DNA from: Cylindrospermopsis raciborskii Cr2010
GTDB taxonomy: Bacteria; Cyanobacteriota; Cyanobacteriia; Cyanobacteriales; Nostocaceae
Reading direction: 5' to 3'
Length of the DNA stretch: 32,000 nucleotides
Assembly (NCBI RefSeq): GCF_003367075.2
Contig: NZ_CP065936.1
Span: 90,001-122,000, forward strand
In this document: piece after piece, positions 8,629 to 17,602 of the stretch
Numbering within the stretch: the first letter of the stretch is position 1
Layout of the letters: each line of letters starts with the position of its first letter
Notes under the pieces: generated by a model
Told to the model about the DNA's origin: nothing
Databases searched by the model: none
What the model saw: only the letters and a program-made list of their open reading frames with translations
Program-made: the position numbers and the translations under genes

Positions 8629-9156
8629 ATGACTGATAAATCATCAATTATTCAATTGGGCAATCCCCTATTGCGGCAAAAAGCTGCAGAAATTGAAGGG
8701 ATTAATGATCGGGAAATACAACAACTAATTGATCATTTAATAACCACAGTTGCCCAGGCCAATGGTGTGGGCATTGCTGCACCCCAAGTAGCCCAGTCAT
8801 TGCGCCTATTTATTGTAGCTTCCCGTCCCAATCCTAGATATCCCCATGCACCAGAAATGGAGCCAACGGCAATGATTAATCCTAAAATAGTTAGTTATGG
8901 GACGGAAATTACCAAAGGATGGGAAGGTTGTTTAAGTGTTCCAGGAATCAGAGGTTTAGTCCCCAGGTATGAAAGAATTCAAGTAGAATATACTGATAGA
9001 AATGGTAATTTTCAAAAACAGGAGTTAGTCAACTTCGTGGCAAGAATTTTTCAACATGAGTATGATCATTTAGAAGGTTTAGTATTTTTAGAGCGTGTGG
9101 AATCTCCCCAAGACCTCATTAGCGAAGCAGAATATCAATACAGAATAGCTAGGTAA
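8629..9156 (+). CDS. def: Peptide deformylase
   Basis: 175 aa with all three motifs: GVGIAAPQV, EGCLSVPG and QHEYDHLEG. Confidence 0.96.
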   Translation: MTDKSSIIQLGNPLLRQKAAEIEGINDREIQQLIDHLITTVAQANGVGIAAPQVAQSLRLFIVASRPNPRYPHAPEMEPTAMINPKIVSYGTEITKGWEGCLSVPGIRGLVPRYERIQVEYTDRNGNFQKQELVNFVARIFQHEYDHLEGLVFLERVESPQDLISEAEYQYRIAR

Positions 9157-9277
9157 TATGATAAATCATCATAAATATATATATTTTTTACTTTTACCTT
9201 ATACTGCTGAAACTATCTCCTTTAATAGAACTATTTAAACGGATGCCTAAGATCTAGCGTTTTTCAGCGTATGGCCC

Positions 9278-9283
9278 TATAAT
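9278..9283 (+). promoter_or_regulatory. Possible -10 element (TATAAT)
   Basis: Perfect TATAAT 20 nt upstream of the 9304 ORF; -35 unclear. Confidence 0.3.
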
Positions 9284-9303
9284 GGGGGTAGGGATTGTAA
9301 ACT

Positions 9304-9900
9304 TTGAAAAAAATGACTAATTTATTTAATAAATTTATCGGTAGAACACGTTACGTAGTTTCCCGTATATTTTTGCACCTGCATGGACAGGAAGTGGCAC
9401 CAATTTTAGGAGTCTTAAATGGGGCTGCTAGAGAAGCAATAGATGCTGAAGGTGATTTAAAATCACTAGGAGAGCAACTAGTCACAGTATGTGAAACCCT
9501 TTTGAGATATGACCAGTGCTGGGTTGCTGCTGGTAATGAGGGAGATGTATTCTGGAATGAGGGAGAAGCGGGTGACTATGTAAATGAATTATTTACTGAT
9601 TCCGCACAGAGATATGGAGCTGACCTTGATACTGGTTCCAGTCCAGGTCGGGCCCTATCTATTCCCGTTACCCGGAATGTGCTGGTAATGCTTACAGTTG
9701 CTTTTGAAGGTGAAGTGCCAGAAATAGAAACAAATCTGGCCCAGATTTCTTCCCTTAAAGCTGGATTAAAATCGCTAGTTAACTTACATTACCAAAATAA
9801 ACTTAGAGCCATTCAGGTTCATTTCTCCCCTGCACGTTTAGGCGATGAACTAACAGATGATCATTTGTTAGAATATTATCCAGAGTTGATTCCTCTCTAA
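9304..9900 (+). CDS. DUF1517-like conserved protein
   Basis: 198 aa; VLVMLTVAFEGEVPEIE...LTDDHLLEYYPELIPL resembles the end of DUF1517 proteins (D-x-L-T-x-D-E-L-L-x-x-Y-P-x-L). Confidence 0.45.
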   Translation: MKKMTNLFNKFIGRTRYVVSRIFLHLHGQEVAPILGVLNGAAREAIDAEGDLKSLGEQLVTVCETLLRYDQCWVAAGNEGDVFWNEGEAGDYVNELFTDSAQRYGADLDTGSSPGRALSIPVTRNVLVMLTVAFEGEVPEIETNLAQISSLKAGLKSLVNLHYQNKLRAIQVHFSPARLGDELTDDHLLEYYPELIPL

Positions 9901-9905
9901 GTTTC

Positions 9906-10826
9906 TTGTTAACCTTGAGTTATTGGCAATCAAAAATAACACCCTGGAAAAATCAAATTATTCAAATGGTCAAGACTATAATGCGTAGACTGACAATTGT
10001 TTGTTTAGCCCTAACCTTGTGCTTAACAACCATTGCTTGTGGGGGAGCTTCCCAAAATACCACCTATTCCAATGGTAGTCAAAGTGCAACCCCCACTAAA
10101 CTCAATGATGGACAGTATCAAGTACAACAGGTTACTTATAACGATGCCAATGGTGAGTATACCCTATTTTTACTAGGCAATCAACCACCAACTTTTGCTA
10201 CGGAGAAGTTGCAAATGGCTCGTTTAACTGACGAGGAAGTCAAAGAGGGCAAAAAAAGTTATTTAAAGGTGGAAAATGGACAACCAGCCTTATATATAAC
10301 CGAAGACTTTAAAATTGAGTATGTCCATAATGTTACTGAAACCAGAAGTAATCCTCAAACCGGACAGCAGGAAACGGTTTTTGTCCGTCAAGAGTCTAGT
10401 TTCTGGACTCCTTTCGCAGCTGCTGTAGCTGGTAATATAGCAGGTCAGGCCATTGGTAATATGTTATTCAGACCTCAGTACTACGTACCCCCCGTTTATC
10501 AACCCGGTGGTATTTATGGTCATGGTGGATATGGTTCTAGCTATAATGCAGCAGTTTCGAGTTATCAAAGTCGCTATAATCAACCACCTGCAGCTGTGAG
10601 AAATCGTGCAGTTTTCCGGACTACGGGATCTCTTAGATCAAATAGTGGATTGACAAATCGGACTAATACTGGTGGTAGAGCTACTGGATCTGGCTTTGGG
10701 GGTAGTAATCTCCGCTCATCGGGGGGGTCTAGCTCTCTGCGACGTAATTCTGGTAGTAGTTTTGGCAGTGGATCTCGTTCTTCTGGCATTCGGCGCTCGG
10801 GCGGTTTTGGTAGCAGAAGAAGATAA
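9906..10826 (+). CDS. Putative lipoprotein with Gly/Ser/Arg-rich C-terminus
   Basis: 306 aa; lipobox-like CLTTIACGG; short hydrophobic Gly/Ala segment FAAAVAGNIAGQAIGNMLF; tail GSGFGGSNLRSSGGSSSLRRNSGSSFGSGSRSSGIRRSGGFGSRRR. Confidence 0.6.
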   Translation: MLTLSYWQSKITPWKNQIIQMVKTIMRRLTIVCLALTLCLTTIACGGASQNTTYSNGSQSATPTKLNDGQYQVQQVTYNDANGEYTLFLLGNQPPTFATEKLQMARLTDEEVKEGKKSYLKVENGQPALYITEDFKIEYVHNVTETRSNPQTGQQETVFVRQESSFWTPFAAAVAGNIAGQAIGNMLFRPQYYVPPVYQPGGIYGHGGYGSSYNAAVSSYQSRYNQPPAAVRNRAVFRTTGSLRSNSGLTNRTNTGGRATGSGFGGSNLRSSGGSSSLRRNSGSSFGSGSRSSGIRRSGGFGSRRR

Positions 10827-10860
10827 ATTAAGACCACAGCTCCTTTGACAACCGTACAAG

Positions 10861-10887
10861 AAGGGAATTGTCTAGGGCAATTCCCTT
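10861..10887 (+). terminator. Strong hairpin, possible terminator of the lipoprotein gene
   Basis: Perfect 10-bp stem AAGGGAATTG / CAATTCCCTT, 7-nt loop; only a short T run follows. Confidence 0.5.
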
Positions 10888-10919
10888 TATTCGGTATATG
10901 GCCTAATCTCCCTTTTATG

Positions 10920-12257
10920 AACACCCTATCTACTCGACAAATAGCATTTACTGCTCTCAGAGAAGTACACCGGGGAGCCTATGCTGATACTGCTATCGAT
11001 CGCACTTTACACAAGTTTAAGTTATCTGATCATGACCGACGATTAATGACAGAATTGGTCTACGGTAGTGTAAGGAGACAACGCAGCCTAGATGCAATAA
11101 TTGACCAAATTGCTGATAAAAAATCACCACAACAGCCAAGGGATCTGCGATGTATTTTGCATCTGGGTTTGTATCAACTGCGTTACCAACAAAAAATCCC
11201 CGTTTCCGCTGCTGTCAATACTACTGTACAACTGGCAAAAGAAAATGGCTTCCCTGGGTTAACTGGTTTTGTGAATGGTTTTTTACGCCAATATATACGT
11301 CTTTTAGAAAAGACCTCTGATCCCCTGATCCTCCCGGAAAATTTAGTAGAAAGACTAGGTATTTTATACAGCTTTCCTAATTGGGTAATTGAGGTTTGGT
11401 TATCACAGTTGGGCCAGGAAGAAACGGAAAAACTCTGTCAGTGGATGAATCAAACTCCCACGATTGATTTACGGGTAAATATTCTGCGAGCTTCCGTGGA
11501 AATGGTGGAATCAGTTTTTAAAAAGTCTGGTATTTTGCTCCATAGGATACCCCACTTACCCCAAGGGTTAAGGTTAGTTGGGCCTGCTGGACCAATTCAA
11601 AATTTACCAGGTTTCACTGAAGGATGGTGGTGCATACAAGATGCAGCGGCCCAGTTAGTTGGTCATTTGCTGGATCCTAGACCTGGTGAGGTGATCATTG
11701 ATGTTTGTGCCGCCCCCGGTGGAAAAACTACCCACATTGCCGAATTAATGGGCGATAACGGTAAAATATATGCCTGCGATCGCACTCCTTCTCGCTTACG
11801 TAAACTCACTGAAAATGCCCAACGTCTCCGTTTGCAATCTATTGAAATTTTTCCTGGAGACAGTCGTAATTTGACCAAATTTCACCATGTGGCTGACCGG
11901 GTACTGTTAGATGCTCCCTGTTCTGGTTTAGGGACCATGCATCGTCACGCTGATGCACGATGGCGACAAAACCCTAGCTCTGTAGGAGATCTTGCCCACA
12001 TACAAAAAGAACTCATATCCTATACTGCCAACTTTGTCAAGCCGGGAGGAGTTTTGGTGTATGCTACTTGCACCTTGCATCCCCAGGAGAACGAGGACCT
12101 AGTTAGAGAATTTTTGCATGTTAATCCCCAGTGGGAGGTGGAAAAGCCGAACTTTGATTTTCTGGATGTTTCCTCCCCTGGATGGTTAAAGCTGTGGCCA
12201 CACCAACAGAATATGGACGGTTTCTTCTTAGTGCGTTTAAGAAAAAACAAGGATTAG
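10920..12257 (+). CDS. rsmB: 16S rRNA (cytosine-967-C5)-methyltransferase RsmB
   Basis: NusB-like N-terminal domain (TRQIAFTALREVHRGAYADTAIDR) and methyltransferase with DVCAAPGGKTTHIAELM and LDAPCSGLGTMHRHAD. The track gives a start at 10845, but that lies upstream of the hairpin; MNTLSTRQIAF at 10920 is better. Confidence 0.9.
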   Translation, partial: NTLSTRQIAFTALREVHRGAYADTAIDRTLHKFKLSDHDRRLMTELVYGSVRRQRSLDAIIDQIADKKSPQQPRDLRCILHLGLYQLRYQQKIPVSAAVNTTVQLAKENGFPGLTGFVNGFLRQYIRLLEKTSDPLILPENLVERLGILYSFPNWVIEVWLSQLGQEETEKLCQWMNQTPTIDLRVNILRASVEMVESVFKKSGILLHRIPHLPQGLRLVGPAGPIQNLPGFTEGWWCIQDAAAQLVGHLLDPRPGEVIIDVCAAPGGKTTHIAELMGDNGKIYACDRTPSRLRKLTENAQRLRLQSIEIFPGDSRNLTKFHHVADRVLLDAPCSGLGTMHRHADARWRQNPSSVGDLAHIQKELISYTANFVKPGGVLVYATCTLHPQENEDLVREFLHVNPQWEVEKPNFDFLDVSSPGWLKLWPHQQNMDGFFLVRLRKNKD

Positions 12258-12320
12258 AGTTAAAATATGTCCAACCATTGTACCATTTAACCAGAGTCCG
12301 AATCTACTGGAGGAGGCAAA

Positions 12321-12743
12321 ATGGTTAATCATCCCGACGTAAAAAATCTAGTTAAAATTCTCATTGGTGCAGCTTGGATTGATGGTAGAATTCAGCCAGA
12401 GGAAAGACAATATCTCAGAGAGATAGCCCATTCTAAGGGTCTTTCTACTGATCCAGAAATCAAACCTTGGCTCTACGAGTTAGTTCAAGTTAAACCAGAT
12501 CAGTGCTATCAATGGGTAAGGGAGTATTTAGGCGATCGCCCTAGTTTGGAACAGTGTCAAGACTTAATTGAATCCATCAGTGGGCTAATCTACAGTGATG
12601 GTGAGGTTGCCACGGAAGAGGCTAAATTATTAACAAGAATACAGGATTTAGCTAAAAACTCGGATCATAATCAAACAATTTATACCTCCTTACTCAGGAA
12701 AATTCAAAAACTTTACCGTCGCTGGGTGGATGTACAAAATTAA
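12321..12743 (+). CDS. TerB-like helical protein
   Basis: 140 aa; GAAWIDGRIQPEERQYLREIA and GLIYSDGEVATEEAKLLTRI repeat the TerB D-G-x-(I/V)-x-x-E-E pattern. Confidence 0.7.
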   Translation: MVNHPDVKNLVKILIGAAWIDGRIQPEERQYLREIAHSKGLSTDPEIKPWLYELVQVKPDQCYQWVREYLGDRPSLEQCQDLIESISGLIYSDGEVATEEAKLLTRIQDLAKNSDHNQTIYTSLLRKIQKLYRRWVDVQN

Positions 12744-12839
12744 GGCAAATTCGCCCAAACTCTCTCCCAAAAGAGAGAGATTTGTCAGTTTTACATTAAT
12801 ATTATTGTGGTTGACTCGACTCAGGAGTTCACTTAAACT

Positions 12840-15335
12840 ATGTCTGATAAGGAGAAATTACTCTTGCCAGTTGGTAATAATCAGAAAAACGAGAATCCCA
12901 CAGATGAAAAACCGCCCCTGACCATGCCACCAAAATTGAGGTTGTTAGTTGGGCATATTCAGCAACTATCATTGGTGGTGAGAGAGAAAATTGGGAGAAG
13001 TGAGAAGCCATTTTATCGGCGTGTTTGGTTCTGGGCGGGGTTAGGTTTAGGTACTACCATCATTGGTTTCAATTATGGTATTCGGAAAGTAGACAGTTCC
13101 TTACCAGACAAATCAGAACTTAATGCGATGATAAGGCAACAAACCCTCACCATTAAAGCTGGAGACAACACTGTTTTAATGCAGCAAGGAGAAGCGACAA
13201 GAGATCAGTTAAAGATACAACAGATTCCAGACAAATTGCAGTTAGCCTTTATTGCATCAGAAGATAGAAGATTTAGACGACATGATGGAGTAGACTTTCA
13301 GGGAATTGTTAGGGCTGTTATTAGTAACTTCCAGTCACAAAATGTTGTGCAAGGTGGTAGTACCATTACTCAACAACTGGCTAGAATTCTCTTTCTCAGT
13401 CAAGAGCGGACTCTGTGGCGCAAACTCAAGGAAGTGCGTTTAGCCCAGAAAATAGAAGAGGAACTGAGCAAACAAGAGATTTTAGAACGTTACCTCAACT
13501 TAGTTTATTTAGGTTCAGGTGCTTATGGAGTAGCAGATGCAAGCTGGGTATATTTTGGCAAAACAGTGGATCAGCTAAACCTTTCAGAAATGGCCACGAT
13601 CGCAGGTCTTGCTCCTGCACCCAATATTTACGCTCCTGACAAGAATCTCCCCGGAGCTATAGCCAGAAGAAATACGGTTTTACAAAGAATGGAGGAAGAT
13701 GGAGTAATTACACCCCAAGAAAAACAGTCTGCACTCCAACAAACATTGACAGTAAAGACTAATTTACCCAGACGGTTTCAAGTTACCGCACCCTATTTTT
13801 GCGCCTACGTGCAACAGCAGCTACCCAAGTACCTAAAACCTGATGTTTTAGCTGCGGGTGGATTGACTGTAGAAACTAGCTTAAATCCAAATTGGCAAAA
13901 ACTGGCAGAGAAGGTACTGGTAAGAACACTGAAAAACGAAGGAACCTGGGGGAGGTTTCGAGAGGGTGCCTTATTATCCATTAATCCTCGTAATGGGGAA
14001 ATTCAGGTCATGGTCGGGGGGAAAGATTTTGCGAAAACTCAGTTCAACCGAGTAACCCAAGCTCAAAGACAGCCAGGTTCAACATTTAAAACGTTTGTAT
14101 ATGCAGCTGCCATAGCCTCAGGGAAGAGTCCAAACGACACATATATGGATAGGCAAATTTCATTTAGAGGTTATGAACCCAAGAATTATAGCGAGAAATT
14201 CCGTGGTTTAATGACGATGCAAGACGCATTAGCTCTATCCATCAATACAATTTCGCTTCAGGTGCTAATAGATGTTGGCTATGAGCCAACTATTAAAATT
14301 GCCCAAGACATGGGGATTAAATCACCTTTAGAACATAACTACTCCTTAGCTCTTGGTTCTAATGAAGTTAACCTTTTAGAATTAACCAGTGCCTATGGTT
14401 CCTTTGCTACTCAAGGGTTACATACGGAAGCACACGCTATTCGTCGTATTCTTAATCGTCAGGGTAATGTAATTTGGAGTGCGAATTTCCAACCCAAAAG
14501 AGCCTTAGATACGGATAGCAGTCGTATTGTGACCAAGATGTTAACCAATGTGGTTACCAACGGTACTGGACGGGCCGCCCAATTACCAGGCAGGCCAGTA
14601 GCAGGGAAAACCGGTACATCTGATGAATCAAGAGATTTATGGTTTATTGGCTACATACCCCAAATGGTAACGGGAATTTGGCTAGGCAATGATAACAATC
14701 ACCCCACTCATGGTTCCAGTTCCACAGCTGCTTACACCTGGTCTAAATTCATGGGGGGAGCAGTAAAAGACCTGAAAGTGGAAAACTTTCCACGACCTTC
14801 CCGAGTGGCAAAGCGCAAACCCACAATCAAGGCCCAACCAATTTCTAAAAAAAATGCTGGCTTTAAAATTTCTAACCGTGATGATAACTCAGACTCTCAA
14901 GACAGTACTTTATCTACCAGGCAAAGTCGTAGAAGAGAGCGCAATTATGAGCAATTAGACCAAAATCAGGATACCTCTACTAGAAGAAGACGGCGTCGTC
15001 GCTACGATGTGCAGACTGTCCTACCTTCCACTGAGGAGAATACCACTTCTACTAGAAGAAGACGGCGTCGTCGCAATGACGTGCAGACTGTCCTACCTTC
15101 CACTGAGGAGAACACCACTTCTACTAGAAGAAGACGGCGTCGTCGCAATGACGTGCAGACTGTCCTACCTTCCACTGAGGAGAATACCACTTCTACTAGA
15201 AGAAGACGGCGTCGTCGCAATGACGTGCAGACCGTGCCATCCTCAACCGGGGAAAACAGAAATTCCGTCAATAATTCTCCCAATTCCCCAGCTAGACAAC
15301 CATCTTGGCGAGAACGACTCAAACCTGATTCTTAA
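12840..15335 (+). CDS. Class A penicillin-binding protein (transglycosylase/transpeptidase) with Arg-rich repeat tail
   Basis: 831 aa; GT51 motifs EDRRFRRHDGVDFQGIVRA and QGGSTITQQLAR; transpeptidase motifs RQPGSTFKTFVYA and KTGTSDESRDLWFIGY; C-terminal (TTSTRRRRRRRNDVQTVLPSTEEN) repeats. Confidence 0.95.
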   Translation: MSDKEKLLLPVGNNQKNENPTDEKPPLTMPPKLRLLVGHIQQLSLVVREKIGRSEKPFYRRVWFWAGLGLGTTIIGFNYGIRKVDSSLPDKSELNAMIRQQTLTIKAGDNTVLMQQGEATRDQLKIQQIPDKLQLAFIASEDRRFRRHDGVDFQGIVRAVISNFQSQNVVQGGSTITQQLARILFLSQERTLWRKLKEVRLAQKIEEELSKQEILERYLNLVYLGSGAYGVADASWVYFGKTVDQLNLSEMATIAGLAPAPNIYAPDKNLPGAIARRNTVLQRMEEDGVITPQEKQSALQQTLTVKTNLPRRFQVTAPYFCAYVQQQLPKYLKPDVLAAGGLTVETSLNPNWQKLAEKVLVRTLKNEGTWGRFREGALLSINPRNGEIQVMVGGKDFAKTQFNRVTQAQRQPGSTFKTFVYAAAIASGKSPNDTYMDRQISFRGYEPKNYSEKFRGLMTMQDALALSINTISLQVLIDVGYEPTIKIAQDMGIKSPLEHNYSLALGSNEVNLLELTSAYGSFATQGLHTEAHAIRRILNRQGNVIWSANFQPKRALDTDSSRIVTKMLTNVVTNGTGRAAQLPGRPVAGKTGTSDESRDLWFIGYIPQMVTGIWLGNDNNHPTHGSSSTAAYTWSKFMGGAVKDLKVENFPRPSRVAKRKPTIKAQPISKKNAGFKISNRDDNSDSQDSTLSTRQSRRRERNYEQLDQNQDTSTRRRRRRRYDVQTVLPSTEENTTSTRRRRRRRNDVQTVLPSTEENTTSTRRRRRRRNDVQTVLPSTEENTTSTRRRRRRRNDVQTVPSSTGENRNSVNNSPNSPARQPSWRERLKPDS
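14973..15245 (+). repeat. 72-bp in-frame tandem repeat, about 4 copies
   Basis: TAGAAGAAGACGGCGTCGTCGC starts at 14981, 15053, 15125 and 15197, an exact 72-nt period; the central copies are almost identical. Confidence 0.95.
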
Positions 15336-15410
15336 TATTTACTGAACTATGCCTATAATATGTGAGATTATAGTAAAGTCATATATTATAAGCAGTGGGA
15401 TAAAACACTC

Positions 15411-15605
15411 ATGAGTTTAATATTACTAGAAGCAGCGCCTGTGTCCACTGGAAATCAGTTTCCATTGGCCTTCACCTTAGTCTATGTGGTTGGCTTTGTT
15501 GCTGCAGTTACTATTGGTTCGATCGCCTGGTATAATTCCAAACGCCCCCCAGGTTGGGAAAGTAAGGATCGTCCTGATTTTCTTCCCAAGATTGATAAGG
15601 AATAA
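15411..15605 (+). CDS. Small membrane protein, possibly Psb35-type PSII assembly protein
   Basis: 64 aa with a single transmembrane segment (PLAFTLVYVVGFVAAVTIGSIAWYNSKRPPGWE). Assignment rests on remembered family features only. Confidence 0.5.
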   Translation: MSLILLEAAPVSTGNQFPLAFTLVYVVGFVAAVTIGSIAWYNSKRPPGWESKDRPDFLPKIDKE

Positions 15606-15623
15606 TCAAAACTGCTCAAAACC

Positions 15624-16145
15624 ATGGGGGGTACTCATAAAACTGCAATTGCCCTAGGCAGTAACCTGGGCGATTCAGCCAATATCTTATTAGCATGTTT
15701 AGACACATTATCTCAAACCCCAGGCTTAATTATAAAAGCTATATCTAGTTTTTATAAAACTAAAGCTGTGGGTCCATCTCAACCAGATTATTTAAATGCT
15801 TGTGCTATACTTGAGGTAACAATGTCACCTCAGAATCTATTAGCTATATTATTGGCAGTAGAACAAAAGTTCGGTCGCGTGCGCCTAGAACGTTGGGGAG
15901 CAAGAACCTTAGACTTGGACTTGTTAATGTATGATAATCTGATTTTAAATCAGTCTGACCTGGAAATCCCCCATCCGCGAATGTATGAACGAGGTTTTGT
16001 ACTAGTTCCCTTAGAAGAAATTGCTGGAGATTGGCAAGATCCCATATCTGGAATGACAATTAGGAATCTATTGAGAAATGTAGACCATTCTGATGTACAC
16101 TGGGTTAGTGGTCCAGCTGTGAAAATTATTATTCAAAGGCCCTGA
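15624..16145 (+). CDS. folK: 2-amino-4-hydroxy-6-hydroxymethyldihydropteridine diphosphokinase
   Basis: 173 aa; ALGSNLGDS, WGARTLDLDLLMYD, IPHPRMYERGFVLVPLEEI. Confidence 0.93.
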   Translation: MGGTHKTAIALGSNLGDSANILLACLDTLSQTPGLIIKAISSFYKTKAVGPSQPDYLNACAILEVTMSPQNLLAILLAVEQKFGRVRLERWGARTLDLDLLMYDNLILNQSDLEIPHPRMYERGFVLVPLEEIAGDWQDPISGMTIRNLLRNVDHSDVHWVSGPAVKIIIQRP

Positions 16146-16202
16146 TTGTACCACTTACTCCCCGTATGTATTCCTAGTAGTTGCCAAAATTAGAACTTTA
16201 TT

Positions 16203-16760
16203 ATGCCATTAGGTAGAGAATTGCCACAGTTGCTTAAGCAACGTTTATTCCATAAGGGTCGCAAATTCGACTTTGAAGTGAGTCGTTTACGGTTACCTAA
16301 CAAGTCGGAAGGAGAATGGGAATGTATTCGTCATCCTGGTGGTGCTTTAGCCATCCCAGTTACTGATGATGGCAAATTAATTCTGGTGCGCCAATATCGT
16401 TTTGCAGTTCAGGGAAGGTTGCTAGAATTTCCTGCTGGTACTGTGGAACCCAATGAAAAGCCCTTGACAACAGTACAAAGAGAAATTCAAGAAGAAATTG
16501 GTTACAAAGCTCATCAGTGGGACAAGTTAGGAGAATTTTTCCTAGCCCCTGGTTATTCCGATGAAATTATCTATGCTTTTTTAGCTCGGGATTTAGAAAA
16601 ACTGGAAACACCCCCCCAGCAAGATGAAGATGAAGATATTGAAACTGTGTTTTTAGCCCCTGCAGAATTAGAAGCCGCTATTGATAGAGGAGAGCCTGTA
16701 GACGCTAAAACCGTTACTAGCTTTTTCTTAGCTCGTTCGTTTTTGATGCTAAAACCTTAA
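16203..16760 (+). CDS. NUDIX hydrolase (ADP-ribose pyrophosphatase-like)
   Basis: 185 aa with an exact NUDIX box GTVEPNEKPLTTVQREIQEEIGY (Gx5Ex7REUxEExGU). Confidence 0.9.
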   Translation: MPLGRELPQLLKQRLFHKGRKFDFEVSRLRLPNKSEGEWECIRHPGGALAIPVTDDGKLILVRQYRFAVQGRLLEFPAGTVEPNEKPLTTVQREIQEEIGYKAHQWDKLGEFFLAPGYSDEIIYAFLARDLEKLETPPQQDEDEDIETVFLAPAELEAAIDRGEPVDAKTVTSFFLARSFLMLKP

Positions 16761-16767
16761 AACTTAC

Positions 16768-17547
16768 CTATCGCCAATAGCTACCTATAGAATCCCGAGT
16801 CCGATAGTGAAAACTATTGGCTATGATTCTTTTGCTAGGACCAAAATCCGCCAGCTTCCCAACATGATTTTGATTGTATTGAAATATGGCAGTAAAATCT
16901 GATAGTCTTAAAACCTGTTGGATATTGTGAGAAACAAAGACAATTGTTAACTCCGATCGCAAACACTCTATGAGTTCTTCCATCTTTTTAATGGCAATGG
17001 GGTCTAGTCCTAGACAAAATTCATCTATTAATAGTACCTGTGGTTTTACCGCTAGGGATCGGGCAATACAAAGTCTTTGTTGTTGTCCCATAGACAATTC
17101 TATGGCCGATTTGTGCAGTTTATTTTTCAACTCATCCCAAATATTTGCCCTCTTGAGTGCCATCTCTACTATTTCATCTAATTCTGCTTTGGGACGCCAG
17201 CCAATTAATTTCACCCCGTAGACCACATTGTCATAGATGCTCATGGGAAAAAGATTTGGTATGGCATAGATTATACTAATCTGACGGCGAAGACGATTTA
17301 AATTTACCCGTTTACCATGGATATTTTGTCCAAAAAATTCTACTGTTCCTTCTAATTTCACTTCTCCTTCTAGTTCACTCATACGGTTAAGAGATTTTAG
17401 AAAAGTCGATTTTCCACAACCGCTAGGCCCAATCATGGCTGTGATTTTGTTTTGACATATATTCATTGATACACCCTCAAGGATTTTTCGACTGTTGTAA
17501 TAAAAGTTAAAATTTTTGATGCTGAGGGCGGGGATGAGTTTACTCAT
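16768..17547 (-). CDS. PstB-like ABC transporter ATP-binding protein, divergent
   Basis: 259 aa; MIGPSGCGKSTFLKSLNRM, NLFPMSIYDNVVYGVK, LSMGQQQRLCIARSLAVKPQVLLIDEFCLGLDP, VFVSHNIQQVLRLSDFTAIF. PstB-like throughout, but Q-loop, signature and D-loop motifs deviate. Confidence 0.85.
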   Translation of the reverse strand: MSKLIPALSIKNFNFYYNSRKILEGVSMNICQNKITAMIGPSGCGKSTFLKSLNRMSELEGEVKLEGTVEFFGQNIHGKRVNLNRLRRQISIIYAIPNLFPMSIYDNVVYGVKLIGWRPKAELDEIVEMALKRANIWDELKNKLHKSAIELSMGQQQRLCIARSLAVKPQVLLIDEFCLGLDPIAIKKMEELIECLRSELTIVFVSHNIQQVLRLSDFTAIFQYNQNHVGKLADFGPSKRIIANSFHYRTRDSIGSYWR

Positions 17548-17602
17548 AAAAGAGGCCTAAATATGGTAGTTTCACGGTTTATTTACAGGAGGTGGGTGGT
17601 TT

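Noticed and set aside
10845-10919. N-terminal extension of RsmB (MTTVQEGNCLGQFPLFGIWPNLPF)
   Set aside because: It is encoded by the 10861-10887 hairpin; the conserved protein begins near MNTLSTRQIAFTALREV at 10920.
14973-15245. Tandem 72-bp repeats considered as a CRISPR array
   Set aside because: There are no unique spacers; the full 72-nt unit repeats head to tail in frame inside the PBP gene.
15002-15345. ORFs 15002-15322 (-) and 15007-15345 (+) with repeated peptides
   Set aside because: They are shadows of the 72-nt repeat, whose length is a multiple of 3, so all frames stay open. The PBP frame has the domain evidence.
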